Below are positions 52,854 to 64,000 of a stretch of 64,000 bases of DNA, one piece after another (the stretch's first letter is position 1; each line of letters opens with the position of its first letter). The stretch comes from Octopus sinensis (lineage: Eukaryota): NCBI RefSeq assembly GCF_006345805.1, contig NC_043024.1, forward strand, positions 5,146,001 through 5,210,000, written 5' to 3'. The position numbers and the translations under genes are program-made. The notes under the pieces were generated by a model. That model was not told the origin of the DNA and made no database searches. It saw nothing but the letters and a program-made list of their open reading frames with translations.

Positions 52854-55717
52854 TTTAATGCAATGTTTCTTCCATACATTCCACAGAAAGAAAAATATTT
52901 CGCTGTTCCTTGTTATAGACTGTATTTATATACAGAGGTAGACTTATTCATGAATGCTCCTTATAAATATATCGTCTTCCTTTAGGTGATGAAAGTTGAT
53001 GAGAATATCAAAGACACTTCTGAATGGAGAGATTTCCTTCACGTCAACATGTTGTGATATTCTGAAATAGGAAAAGAAGCAGTAAGATAAAACTGAATAG
53101 TTCACCAACATAAGTAATTAAACATTGCAGACTTTATATCACTACCATTGTCATGCATTTACTGTCCATGCTTGCATAAGTAGATTGAGTTGGAAGGTGT
53201 TAGAAGCTAATGGGAGAGGAGCTAGCCAAAACGAAAATATAGTGGGCATAACATGACCAGAGTAGTGAGTTGATGCCATCCAGAATTTCGCAGAGCAAAG
53301 TTGCCACAAGTGAAATGGGCTGTTTATGAAGTGATCAGAGTTAATGATAAAGAAGCATTGTTACTTGTGTGCCGCCTTTCCGCTAACTAATTAAAACTCC
53401 CACTTCTCTTCATGGGCACTGAATTGCCTTCTAGGATCCATACGTGCCCACCCTGATGGGCTGAAGAATGACATAGCAGAACAGTGCTATGGAGTCCCAA
53501 CTAAAATAGCTTTCCTGTCTTGCTACAATATTAAATACTGGCAGAATCTCTAAGATGCCGGATTAATTGCTTAACGCCATTTCGTTTGTAAATAGCTTTG
53601 TCAAACTAGAGATAAAAGCAATCAGGAATGGGAGTGTGTCTGTGCATTGTTTATTTCTCTTCAATCAGGTACACACTGTGAGGGCGAGTACGATCGATCA
53701 TTTGAGCATCCAGATGCACCTCCCACCTAACCAGGAGTCCCTTCTCTGAAGACCAGCTTGCTAGCTAGCCCACAGTGAAGGTCCCTCTTTATATTTTGTC
53801 TGTCACGAGTTGGTGCCGCAAACGTCTTTCCTTTCAAAGCATGACTTCTACTGAGGTCGACTTTCATCCTTTCGAGGTAAATAAAAGAAGCAGTAGAGCA
53901 CACGAGTCCTTGAAATTAACTCGTCCCCTTCCTACAAATTTCAGGTTTCGTACTTAAAAATACGAAAAAAAAATTATTATTATTATCATCAACATTAATA
54001 TTTTATAAACCCCAAAAATACATCTTACAATTTCATGCGTCCTTTATTAAAAAAAGGGACAACGGTAATTATTCTCCTTCCTCTCGCAGGTGTTACGACC
54101 ACTCACGGAAACGGAGACACACGTCTTTGTGAGCAGGGAGGATCTCCTCAGTAGAATCAATAGCTGCAAACCCTCTAAACACCTCACAGGCTGTGTCCGG
54201 GTAGAATGGATATAATTCGCCTCTACCCATCTATAGAGAGATATTTTGTTGTGGGGTGCTTGTAAAGACAAGAACATTACATACGTTGGTGTGACATCTA
54301 CAAGCATTGCAGGGGGATGAAATAAAAATTAGAGGCAGCATGACCACATAACCAGTCCTCCATACTCTACCAAATGTACTACTCAAAAAGAATGGTCCCG
54401 GTGAGCACACTCGTGCTAGTCCGTTTTGATTGGTCGATCCTTCAACGACTACCTAGCGCGAGTATGCAAATTGACAGATGCGTGCATAATAATATATGTA
54501 TATAATGGCTGAATATATATCAAATAAAATGGGTTTTGTCTTAAACAAAGTAAATAAAAGACTCAACAAAAGAAATTACTTACTTTGTGTTTTATTTTCT
54601 TTGTTTAAAAAAAATTATTTGTTAAAAAAAACCTCATACATGTCTAGCGCATTCGAAGGTGATTTTTAGTCGCGCACTCGCGTTACGTAGTCTTTGTAAG
54701 ATCGACTAGTCACGACTAGCTAGCACCAGGACCACACTTGTAGAAAAGTGCCTATATATATATATTATATATATATATATATGTATGAGCATAAATACAT
54801 ATATATATACATACGTGTATATTCATGCAAGCTGTCGCATACAGACACATTCACAGCAACAAACAAAAAGAAACAGCTCCAATAATGGACATGGTCAAGA
54901 ACCAGTGAAGAGGTAAGGAATATTTTAGAAAATAAATAAATGAACGGTTCACAAAAGTAACCCCCGAATTGTTTTCCCATAAAATTCCTACCTTCTCGGA
55001 ATCTATATCGTCCGAGGTATATTTGTAGAAAATTTCATTTAAAAATATAACATTTCTTGAAAGTTAAGAAGAATTGAAGTTCACGCCGCTGAATTTTCCG
55101 AAACTCCTCACACCAAAAGCACTTTCCTACAAAAGTTTTGTATATTCGGAATCTACATACTATAACAAATATTCGTAGAATATTTAATTAAAGTTACGAT
55201 CATCCAAAGTGGTGGGGCATGAATCTGTAGTTATGCCGCTTCTCCGTTCGTTTTTACTCGTTAATCAAAACGTTTTCTTCTCATTTTACAAATAAATTTC
55301 CTCTATATCACATCTAACAGCCGATAATAGGTTTTCAGAAACAACAAACCAACATTTCAGTTGGGAAGTTATTATTTAAGACGAGGAAATATATTTTCCT
55401 TAAGTTTTTATGTTTTCGCTTCGAAATAATTACTGTGACACCGAGAAGTTTACAGAATTCTATTAATTACATTGTTATTAGTAGTATTATTATCATCATT
55501 GTCAACTTACCGTATTCAGACAAAAACTGCAAATCACAGACCGATAATTAATTAGTCTAATTAATAATAATGATGTTAATTTCAAAAGCAACTTGCACAC
55601 ACAGGAAGCCAGTAAGTGTATGACGTCATCAAGAGTGAAAGTGCGCTTTTTCTAGCCCCCACCCATCGACGGCTGGATTTATTTCCCTTCATTTCATAGT
55701 ATTTCTTCCTTCATCTC

Positions 55718-56505
55718 TGGCCCCGATTTGCTGTCTTACTTCAGATATCTTCTAAAGAGCAAGATGGGGTCGGAGAGAAAGACCCCTGTCACCGAATGAA
55801 TACGAAAAACGATGGAAGGATGTGATGAGAAAGGTGGGAACCCAGCTTAATCATTGATAAAATCTTTATTATAATCATACGATTGTACATAGATTTGGAC
55901 ATAACAAGACAAACAATTACAAAGAATGTTATGAGAGTTCGAATGAAACTTAAAAATTTAGTTATAATATGACATAAACGAAAACTTGGCTTACTTTTGC
56001 CTTTATAACGAGAACTTTAGTGCGTTTCTGTTTTAAATAACATTAGAAAACATAACATATGTTAAAATGAAAAGCGGGGAGAAGTGCAGGCTCCGAATTT
56101 TGAACCCGGCAGCCTATAAGGCCCAGCAACTAATTTTTCCTTTCTTTGATGATAACTGAAAAGTCGCCCTCGGCGGAATTTGAACTCAGAACGTCGCAGC
56201 AGACGAAATATCGCCAAGCATTTCGCCCGACGTGCTAACGTTTCTGCCAGCTCGCCACCGTCCCAGCTTAATCGTTGATGAAAGGAAAAGATCGTTGCCG
56301 GGCTTTAGAGGGTGCCGGGTTCGAGCTTTTAATCTTTTTGTTTGTTTTCGTTTTATTTTTTAAAAAGTTCTAGTGAAAGGAAAATTTAATTGTTATATAA
56401 AATATTTTTAAAGTAAATTTTTAACATGTAACTCATTCAAACTCATATAACATTTTTGTCTTTTGTTTGACCTGTATTGTCCCATTCTATATATATTTAT
56501 ATAAC
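55718..56505 (+). mobile_element. 5'-truncated Tx1-like LINE (family C): ORF2 C-terminus and 3' UTR
   Basis: Translates SFISGPDLLSYFRYLLKSKMG...YEKRWKDVMRKVG, homologous to family A SFVSGPGLLTYFRYHLKSKMG...YEKRWKEVEKKVG; interrupted at 55859-56261. Confidence 0.75.
55859..56261 (-). mobile_element. Chimeric SINE: tRNA head plus Tx1-like LINE 3' UTR
   Basis: 18-bp TSD CCCAGCTTAATC(A/G)TTGAT; head matches the 58304 SINE; body ends ATAATAAAGATTTT. Confidence 0.8.
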
Positions 56506-56969
56506 AATAATTAACACTATTTGGTCTGCTAAAACACAGGCTTTTTCCTTTCATCAGTTATAGGAATTTCTTAATAAAGAATAATGAATAAAATATTTAT
56601 TTTGTGCTTGTTTTCTTTTGCTCTATATCTGGACCCTGATCCCTTTCTCCCTTAAACCTGTCAACGGCACAAAGTGACCTTCCTTCAATACTACCTTCCT
56701 CCCTGCCAGTTCGCTGGTGAGGGTTCCAGGAAAAAGGCAATTGTGCTGATGCTGGACCCATATCACAAGCACTGGTGCTTGTGATGGGACGACAGAAAAA
56801 GAGGCACTGATGATGGTGTCAAATTAGAAGCACATTTGATGGTGACAAGTAAAATGCACAGATAAGGGGCTAATATTATAAGCACAGGTACTAGTTCCAA
56901 CTCAGCAGCACTGGTGATGGTGTCCCATAAAAACAAAGCACCCAGTGCTCTCTGTTAAATGGTTGACAT

Positions 56970-57420
56970 AGGCACAGGAGTGGCTGTGTGGTAAGTACCT
57001 AGCTCTCTGTTAAATGGTTGACATAGGCACAGGAGTGGCTGTGTGGTAAGTACCTACCTTACCAACCACATGATTTCGTATTCAGTCCCCCTGCATGGCA
57101 CTTTGTGCAAGTGTCTTCTGCTACAGCCTCAGGCCGACCAAAGTCTTGTGAGTGGATTTGGTAGACGGAAACTGAAAGAAGCCCGTCGTATACATATATA
57201 TATTATATATATGTGTGTGTGTCTGTGTTTGTCCACCCAACATCGCTTGACAACCGATGCTAGTGTGTTTACGTTCCCGTTACTTAGTGGTTCAGCAAAA
57301 AGAGACCGATAGTATAAATACTAGGCTTACAAAGAATAAGTCCTGGGGTCGATTTGCTCGACTAAAAGGTGGTGCTCCAGCATGGCCGCAGTCAAATGAC
57401 TGAAACAAGTAAAAGAGTAA
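56970..57420 (+). mobile_element. tRNA-headed SINE, second family (head region tandemly duplicated, 56945-57050)
   Basis: Matches 9668-10045. Confidence 0.78.
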
Positions 57421-58303
57421 GAGTATTAGGAAATGCATTCTGCTGTAAAAAAGCCAAATCAGACAAGGGAAACTGGTGCAACTCATGGCTTTGTCAGCTC
57501 TGGTCAACCTATCCAACATATGCCTGTATGGAACACAGACATTCAATGTTGATTAAAAAAGCATGTATAGTGTGGTGTTATGGGCTGTGATGAGCTATGT
57601 GGTGTTGGTGAAGAGGATTGCAGATGAGGTAGACAGAAGTGAAGACTGCAGGGGCCGGACAAACAGCCACGGGGCATGCATGGGCAGGAAGTTCAAGGAG
57701 AGACAGCAGCGTGCAAGGACATGTTCATTTCTTGACAGTGATTGCTCATCCCACCTAGGTCAACAGCTAAGGCCTTTTGTATTTCTTTCTCCGGGTAAGG
57801 GTGATTAGGTGATGGTCTAGGGCTTAGGGGCGGTAGACCCTAGACCTTGGAAAAAAAACAAACTTTGGTCGTCTTGTAGTCGAGGGCTCTTCGTTGACGC
57901 CTGACACCACTGGGAAGTGGCCCTTGAAGTCGTTGGAAATGGAGATCTCCAGGTCCAATTCTTGAACGGCGGCAAAGTAGCTAATGTCGATGGTGTGTGG
58001 AAGGACCTTTCAAGTGTTTGGCCTCACAGAGACAATGATGAATAACTCAGACCTTTTGCATTATATCTTGCTTGTGAAGGCCATCAAGCCAAGTAAAATT
58101 GTAGTTCTGGCAAACTCTGAGGTCACATAAAAGCAGAGTGGTTGGTGTTAGATAAGGTCATCCAGCTGTAGAAACCATGCCAAATCAGACCCAGTCTGGA
58201 GCAGCGTTCCAGTCCTGGTCAAACCTTCCGAACCATGTCAACTTGGACAACGGACATTAAATGATGATAATGATGCTGACTTTGGTTAAAGCGAGGTATA
58301 GCT

Positions 58304-58526
58304 GAAGGCGGTGAGCTGGCAGAATCGTCAGCACGTCGGGCGAAATGCTTAGCGGTATTTTGGCTGCCGTTACGTTCTGAGTTCAAATTCCACCGAGGCC
58401 GACTTTGCCTTTCCTCCTTTCGGGGTCGATAAATTAAGTACCAGTTACACACTGGGGTCGATGTAATCGACTTATTACCTATGTTTGTCCCCTCTCTGTT
58501 TAGCTCCTTGTGGGTAATAAAGAAAT
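58304..58526 (+). mobile_element. tRNA-derived SINE with B-type LINE tail
   Basis: GGCGGTGAGCTGGCAGAA head, GAGTTCAAATTCC box, tail TGTCCCCTCT...GGTAATAAAGAAAT. Confidence 0.85.
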
Positions 58527-58677
58527 AGGTATATGCATTGGGATTGAACCCCAAACCATGAGGCTGGAAAGAAAGTTCCTTACCACACAAACACACCTGT
58601 CTGCATTTTTTGACTGTTTGGTTGTAGGTAATCCCTGATGCGAATGCATGTTCATAGAAAAAGCTATTATTATTATA

Positions 58678-58855
58678 GGCGTAGGAGTGGCTGTGTGATA
58701 AGTAGCTTGCTCACCAACCACGTGGTTCCGGGTTCAGCCCTACTACATAGCACCTTGGGCAAATGTCTTCTACTATAGCCTCGGGCCGACTAAAGCCTTG
58801 TGAGTGGATTTGGTAGATGGATATATATGTATATACATATATATATATATATATA

Positions 58856-58915
<60 letters not shown>

Positions 58916-59435
58916 CATACATTTATATATAGATATATATATATGTATAAGTTCAGCAAAAATTTAGATTCGAATGAATATGGTACTTAAATTAGATGCA
59001 CCAGAATTTTGTATGGTATTACCCATAAAAGTTTGTGGGGTGATTATAATCAAAATAAGCAACAAGAATGACTCCGGTAATTTGGTGCAATCGTTTCTAT
59101 AATTGGCTGATGAGTGCTCAGCATTTTAAAACTGTTGTAAAACTTACAACATTTAATAAACTGATGTAGTGCGAAACGATTGTACCAAATTTCCGTAGTC
59201 ATTCTTGTTGCTTATTTTGATATATATATATATGTTTGTGTGTCTGTTTTTGTCCCCCCAAAAATGCTTGACAACTGATGCTGATGTGCTTACGTCCCTT
59301 TAACTTAGCGGTTCGGCAAAAGAGACTGATAGAGTAAGTCCTAGGCTTACAAAGAATTAGTCCCGGGGTCGATTTGCTCAACTAAAGGCGGTGCTCCAGC
59401 ATGGCCACAGTCACATGACTGAAACAAGTAAAAGA
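58678..59435 (+). mobile_element. Second-family SINE split by (TA)n and a small inverted-repeat element (59050-59220)
   Basis: Head at 58678-58820, tail at 59225-59435; imperfect ~50-bp inverted repeats between them. Confidence 0.65.
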
Positions 59436-59904
59436 GTATGTCTTACAGTGACGACATTGAAGTTGATGATGATGAAATAGATTAGGAAATAACATATTCT
59501 ACAGTGAAGATAATGAAATTGAGGCCGGCAGTGGGCAATTTGAGACGAAAATCTCTATAAATTACACCAAAAATCATTTGCATGGTTCCTGTATCAGGGG
59601 ACCGGTATTTTGTAACAGAATATATGAGTAAACTTTCTTAAAATGACCAGGTAAAAATTAAAAAAAAAAAGAATTGAAAGTGAAATCTCTATGTGTATAA
59701 AGCTGAAGTTGTCTGTGTGTGGCAGGTTTGGTAGCCTTCAACTAACACTATCTCCTTCGTGGCCGACCGATCGACGGTCGGAATGAACTATTATAGAAGT
59801 TATTTCCCTTCGTTTCATAGTGTTTCTGTAATTCTCTCCTAGATGGCTCTAGTGACTGGTGGGATTCCCTCCAGTATCCCCCTTAGTTTTATTCTATTAA
59901 TATC

Positions 59905-60031
59905 TGTATTGTGTGTCAAGGCTCTCATTTGAGGGAATGATTTGTCACAGATCTCGCACTGATATATCTTCTCTCCTGTAAGAAGATATTTCTGTTTAGC
60001 TAAAACGCTAAATAGAAAATCTCACAGTGAT
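59905..60031 (-). pseudogene. Degenerate C2H2 finger remnant
   Basis: Reverse complement encodes LTGEKIYQCEICDKSFPQMRALT. Confidence 0.6.
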
Positions 60032-60100
60032 AAAATCTTTATTATGATCCTGAGATCGAACATAGAAAACGACATAACAGTACAAAGAGTTACAAAAATG
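60032..60100 (-). mobile_element. Short Tx1-like 3' tail
   Basis: ...CTATGTTCGATCTCAGGATCATAATAAAGATTTT, similar to the tails at 55859 and at 1-128. Confidence 0.55.
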
Positions 60101-60952
60101 GGATCTTTTCCTTTTCAACGGCATTTTTCAACACAATTTCTAGTTAACTAAACACTTTTAAACTTCGTATGCTGGGAGAATGTGTCAAAATAAAACAGTT
60201 TTTCTCTTGGCTTTCTTGAGAAAATTGTAATTTGTAAGTTTAACGTATATGAATTTTTCGAATTTTAACCAATCCTATGCCCTCTATTGAGCTAAAATCA
60301 TTTGCTGTGTCTAAAACAGACAACATCCTGTCACTAATCCTTCAACTGCAGAATGCATTTCCTAATGTCAACCCTTCTACAGAGTGCACTGGGTGTCATT
60401 TTTTCTTTTTTATGTGACAACAAAACCGACAGGGTCCCCAAGGACCCTGCAAGACCAAGTAGCTCAAAACTGGCAGGGAGGAAGGTAGTATTGAAGGAAC
60501 GTCACTTTGTGCCCGTTGACAGGTTTAAGGGAGAAAGGGAACAGGGTCCAGATATAGTGCAAAAAAACAAGCACAAAATAAATATTTTATTCATTATTCT
60601 TTATTAAGAAATTCCTATAACTGATGAAAGGAAAAAGCCTGTGTTTTAGCAGAGCAAATAGTGTTAATTATTGTTATGACTTAATAAATTTTGACATTGA
60701 GACAGTAACACGTCTCTGTGAATAGCCACATGTTTATGCATGTGGCTTTTTCGAGAGAATCATGTGCCACACATGTCACACTGACATGGCTACTCTCATG
60801 TAGGGATTCGTTCATGGACAGATAAGTTAGGGTCTATGAGAGAATGCTTTAACACAGACACGACCATTACATAGGTTGTGTCTGGTATGAAGATTTTCGT
60901 GTGTAGTTACAACACCATTTGCAAAAAATGAATTACAACAACTAATGCAAGA

Positions 60953-61537
60953 CTATAGCTTCTCTCCTGCATGTGTAGGCTTGTGATTAGTCAAGTGAGT
61001 GCTTTGAGAGAATGATTTACCACAGATCTCACAATGATAAGGTTTCTCACCAGTATGAATCTTCTTATGGTTAGTTAAAACTTTACGTTCACAGAATGAT
61101 TTACCACAGATATCACAATGATAAGGTTTGTCACCAGTATGATTGTGACTGTGAGTAACCAAATGACTATTACGAGTGAATGATCTACCACAGATATCAC
61201 AGTGATAAGGTTTCTCACCAGTATGTGTAAGCTTGTGATTAATCAAGATATTTCTTTGAGAGAATGATTTACCACAGATATCACAGTAAAATGGTTTCTC
61301 TCCTGTATGTGTACGTTTGTGTAAAGTTAAGTAAGTGCTTCGAGAGAATGATTTACCACAGATCTCACAATGATATGGCTTCTCTCCTGTATGTGTATGT
61401 ATGTGATCTCTCAAGTGAGTGCTTCGAGAGAATGATTTACCACAGATATCACAATGATATGGCTTTTTCTCTTTATCAAGGTTTTCTGATTCAGTTAAAT
61501 TATTCATTTTGAGAGAATGACTTATCATACACTTCAC
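60953..61537 (-). CDS. C2H2 zinc-finger protein, second subfamily, six fingers, unit 8; 5' end uncertain
   Basis: 194 aa; 3' flank 60350-60950 nearly identical to 51650-52200. Confidence 0.78.
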   Translation of the reverse strand: MKCMISHSLKMNNLTESENLDKEKKPYHCDICGKSFSRSTHLRDHIHTHTGEKPYHCEICGKSFSRSTYLTLHKRTHTGEKPFYCDICGKSFSQRNILINHKLTHTGEKPYHCDICGRSFTRNSHLVTHSHNHTGDKPYHCDICGKSFCERKVLTNHKKIHTGEKPYHCEICGKSFSQSTHLTNHKPTHAGEKL

Positions 61538-62439
61538 AATAATAAAGTGTTTTTCACTTTAGTGGTTTATTAATGATTTGGAGTAAATTTTGTATATTTA
61601 CGTTGATTATATATTATTCCATTCATAATTTTAAAAATACGTTCGATCACCACGTGTAAAGAATTGTTTATTTTTCTTTTGAGTGTTTATGTATGTGTGA
61701 ATGTGGGTGTGTGTGTGTGTGTGTGATTGTTTGCGTAATTTATTTATCTGTATAGATGTGGGTGTGAATATATTCGTGTATATACCGAGTTCTGTATGTA
61801 TGTATATGTATATGTGAGCGGGTATATGTATATTGTTTATGTATGTGGGTTGTATGTGTGTGTGAGGGAGTATGAATAAGTAATGTGTTGAAGTATTTGG
61901 CTATTTTATTTATTTATCGTTGCCTAGACGTTTTTATGTGTATGTATAGGGATATATATATAGGTGTGTGAGTTAGTGTATGTGTTTAGATATGGTTATA
62001 TATACTTAGTTATAAGTGTATGCGTATGTGTGTATATATAGTTTATTTATCTTTTTGTTTTTGTTTTATATTTAATTGTTGATAGGGTTGATTTTAGATT
62101 ATATATTGATTATATATGTACTATATATAGGTTATATATAGATTATATATTTATAATTTTTTATTATTTTAAAATTATTTTAAAATTATATTTTAATGTA
62201 TTGATATTTTAGATCGGAAGTCCACTTGAAGATTGTCATTGAGGACATGAAACAATTGTAGTGGCGGTTTTTTTACTTTTTATTAAAATTTTATGTATTG
62301 ATTAAGTCTTTCCTTGTTTGTTTTACAAAATAGTGGTTTTGTCTCTAATTAATATTATATAATATTTTACTATAAAATTGGATTTAATCCTAAATCTGAT
62401 TTTTTCCCTGTAAATTTGGATTTATTCCCTAATATTTAT

Positions 62440-62794
62440 TATTATATATATACATATATATATATATATATACATATATATACATATATATATATATATA
62501 CACATATATATATACATATACACATATATATATACATATACATATATATATACATATACATATACATATATATATATACATATACATATATATATATACA
62601 TATACATATATATATATACATATACATATATATATATACATATACATATATATATACATATATATATATACACACATATATATATATATATATACACATA
62701 TATATATATATATACACACACATATATATATATATATACACACACATATATATATATATATATACACACACATATATATATATACACACACATA

Positions 62795-62848
<54 letters not shown>
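62440..62848. repeat. Compound (TA)/(TACA) microsatellite
   Basis: Direct inspection. Confidence 0.95.
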
Positions 62849-62849
<1 letters not shown>

Positions 62850-64000
62850 GAGTGAGAAACCTGCCCGGGAAGTGAACCCAAGTGCAAGTTCTCCTACCGG
62901 CAGCAAGGGCCATGGAGATGGAGAACCCAGGGAAGAAGTAGAGGGAGGAAGAACTAAAAGAAGGACTGAAAGAGCTAAAGGAAAAGCTCAAGCAGGACCA
63001 AAGGGTGAAACAACCAGGAATAGAAGTGGAACCACAAAGGATGGAAACAAACAGCGCACACGGGTGTGTAGGTTCTACCTGAGAGGTACCTGCTGGCATG
63101 GAAAGGAAGGTGCAGGCTGCCACTTTGCACATCGGGGACCCTGCCGCAGAGACACGAAACAGATAAAAAACCATCAACACAAGGAAAAGGGATGGACCAC
63201 GCACCACCTGCCCCAAAACGGAGGTACGCAGATGTGGTGCGTGCCACAAACTGCCAACATGATGTTGTTGAAAGGGCAGCTACTGAGCAGCAATCTTTTT
63301 TGTGCATGGCACAAAAGATTGTACAGCAGCTGACCTGGCTTCATCAAACCCAAGCTCGCAGGTGGGACTACCCACTATATACAAGACCACACCAGCAAAC
63401 AGACCCAGGATGGACACCGCCGGCAACAACATACACCTCACCTCGATGCTCCTACTGAACATCAGAGGACTGCAAACATTCAGTAACAGGACAAAAATCC
63501 CGTTCTTGAGAGACTTTGCTGCATGCAATCAAGCCTTATGCATAGCACTTACGGAAACGCACCTGAAACCGGACATAGCAGATGCGGAGTTACACATACC
63601 ACAGTATGTTGTACTACGGACCGACAGAAAAGAAAGGAGTCATGGAGGAGTTGCTATGTACATCCGTGAGGACCTCACACCCCAGGTCCTCTTGTCATAC
63701 TCAAACTCGGTGTGTGACACACTAATTGTACATATAAGGCAACTTGATGTAGTTGTGTGTGCTACATATCGCCCTCCAGATGCCCCAAGCCATGTGGGCA
63801 AGTTTGAAGACTGCCTTATAAAAATAGAAGAAGTTCTAATCACATTAGAACAACACATAAGTGTACTTCTTATGGGAGACTTCAATCTACCCAATGTCAG
63901 ATGGCCCGAGGGCCTTTCTCTCCCAGGAATGACAAGATGTGAACGAGGACAGGTGAGGTCCCTCCTGAACCTCATCAACACCCTGTACATGGAGCAAGTA
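62848..64000 (+). mobile_element. CR1/L2/Jockey-group LINE: partial ORF1 and start of ORF2
   Basis: ORF1 piece with [22 protein letters not shown], frameshifted, overlapping ORF2; continues past the window end. Confidence 0.85.
63410..64000 (+). CDS. LINE ORF2 apurinic-type endonuclease domain (incomplete; missing from the ORF track)
   Basis: Hand translation gives MDTAGNNIHLTSMLLLNIRGL...IALTETHL...HGGVAMYI...TYRPP...MGDFNLP; open to the window end. Confidence 0.88.
   Translation, partial: MDTAGNNIHLTSMLLLNIRGLQTFSNRTKIPFLRDFAACNQALCIALTETHLKPDIADAELHIPQYVVLRTDRKERSHGGVAMYIREDLTPQVLLSYSNSVCDTLIVHIRQLDVVVCATYRPPDAPSHVGKFEDCLIKIEEVLITLEQHISVLLMGDFNLPNVRWPEGLSLPGMTRCERGQVRSLLNLINTLYMEQV

Noticed and set aside
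54393-54735. Imperfect inverted repeat containing ATGCAAAT and CCAAT motifs
   Set aside because: Most simply an old MITE; no adjacent snRNA or gene start recognised
57800-58010. Possible LINE endonuclease remnant (- strand, HTIDISY...HFPV)
   Set aside because: Too degenerate to support
62211-62220. AGATCGGAAG, the start of the Illumina adapter
   Set aside because: Only 10 bp and not followed by AGC; plausible by chance
62416-62906. Long Y/I/H/T-rich ORFs on both strands
   Set aside because: Stop-free translation of a TA/TACA microsatellite

Overview
Eukaryotic, AT-rich, repeat-dense DNA that is most likely octopus (coleoid cephalopod). This is inferred from the KRAB-less tandem C2H2 zinc-finger genes and from the SINE and RTE repertoire. 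The window is a tandem C2H2-ZNF cluster. It holds six long finger arrays of one subfamily ([18 protein letters not shown] start): + strand at 4.2, 14.3, 25.9 and 34.2 kb, and - strand at 42.3 and 49.4 kb, with the 34.2 and 49.4 kb copies pseudogenised. It also holds two arrays of a second subfamily (- strand, 52.8 and 61.5 kb) and several broken remnants. Each first-subfamily unit appears to consist of a CCAAT-rich promoter, a short non-coding exon, an intron and one coding exon. The main discovery is that Tx1/L1-group non-LTR retroelements sit exactly at a 12-bp motif, GAGTTAGTTCCC, just upstream of these ZNF promoters. They show target-site duplications, a fixed 3' junction and the same orientation as the gene. 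There are four insertions at three promoters plus three empty sites. One family keeps only ORF1 and the other keeps only RT. tRNA-headed SINEs carry 3' tails shared with these LINEs. Also present: an RTE LINE, a rearranged Gypsy element, mariner remnants, a 1.9-kb foldback element, GGATC-ended MITEs, and a CR1/L2-like LINE running off the right end.
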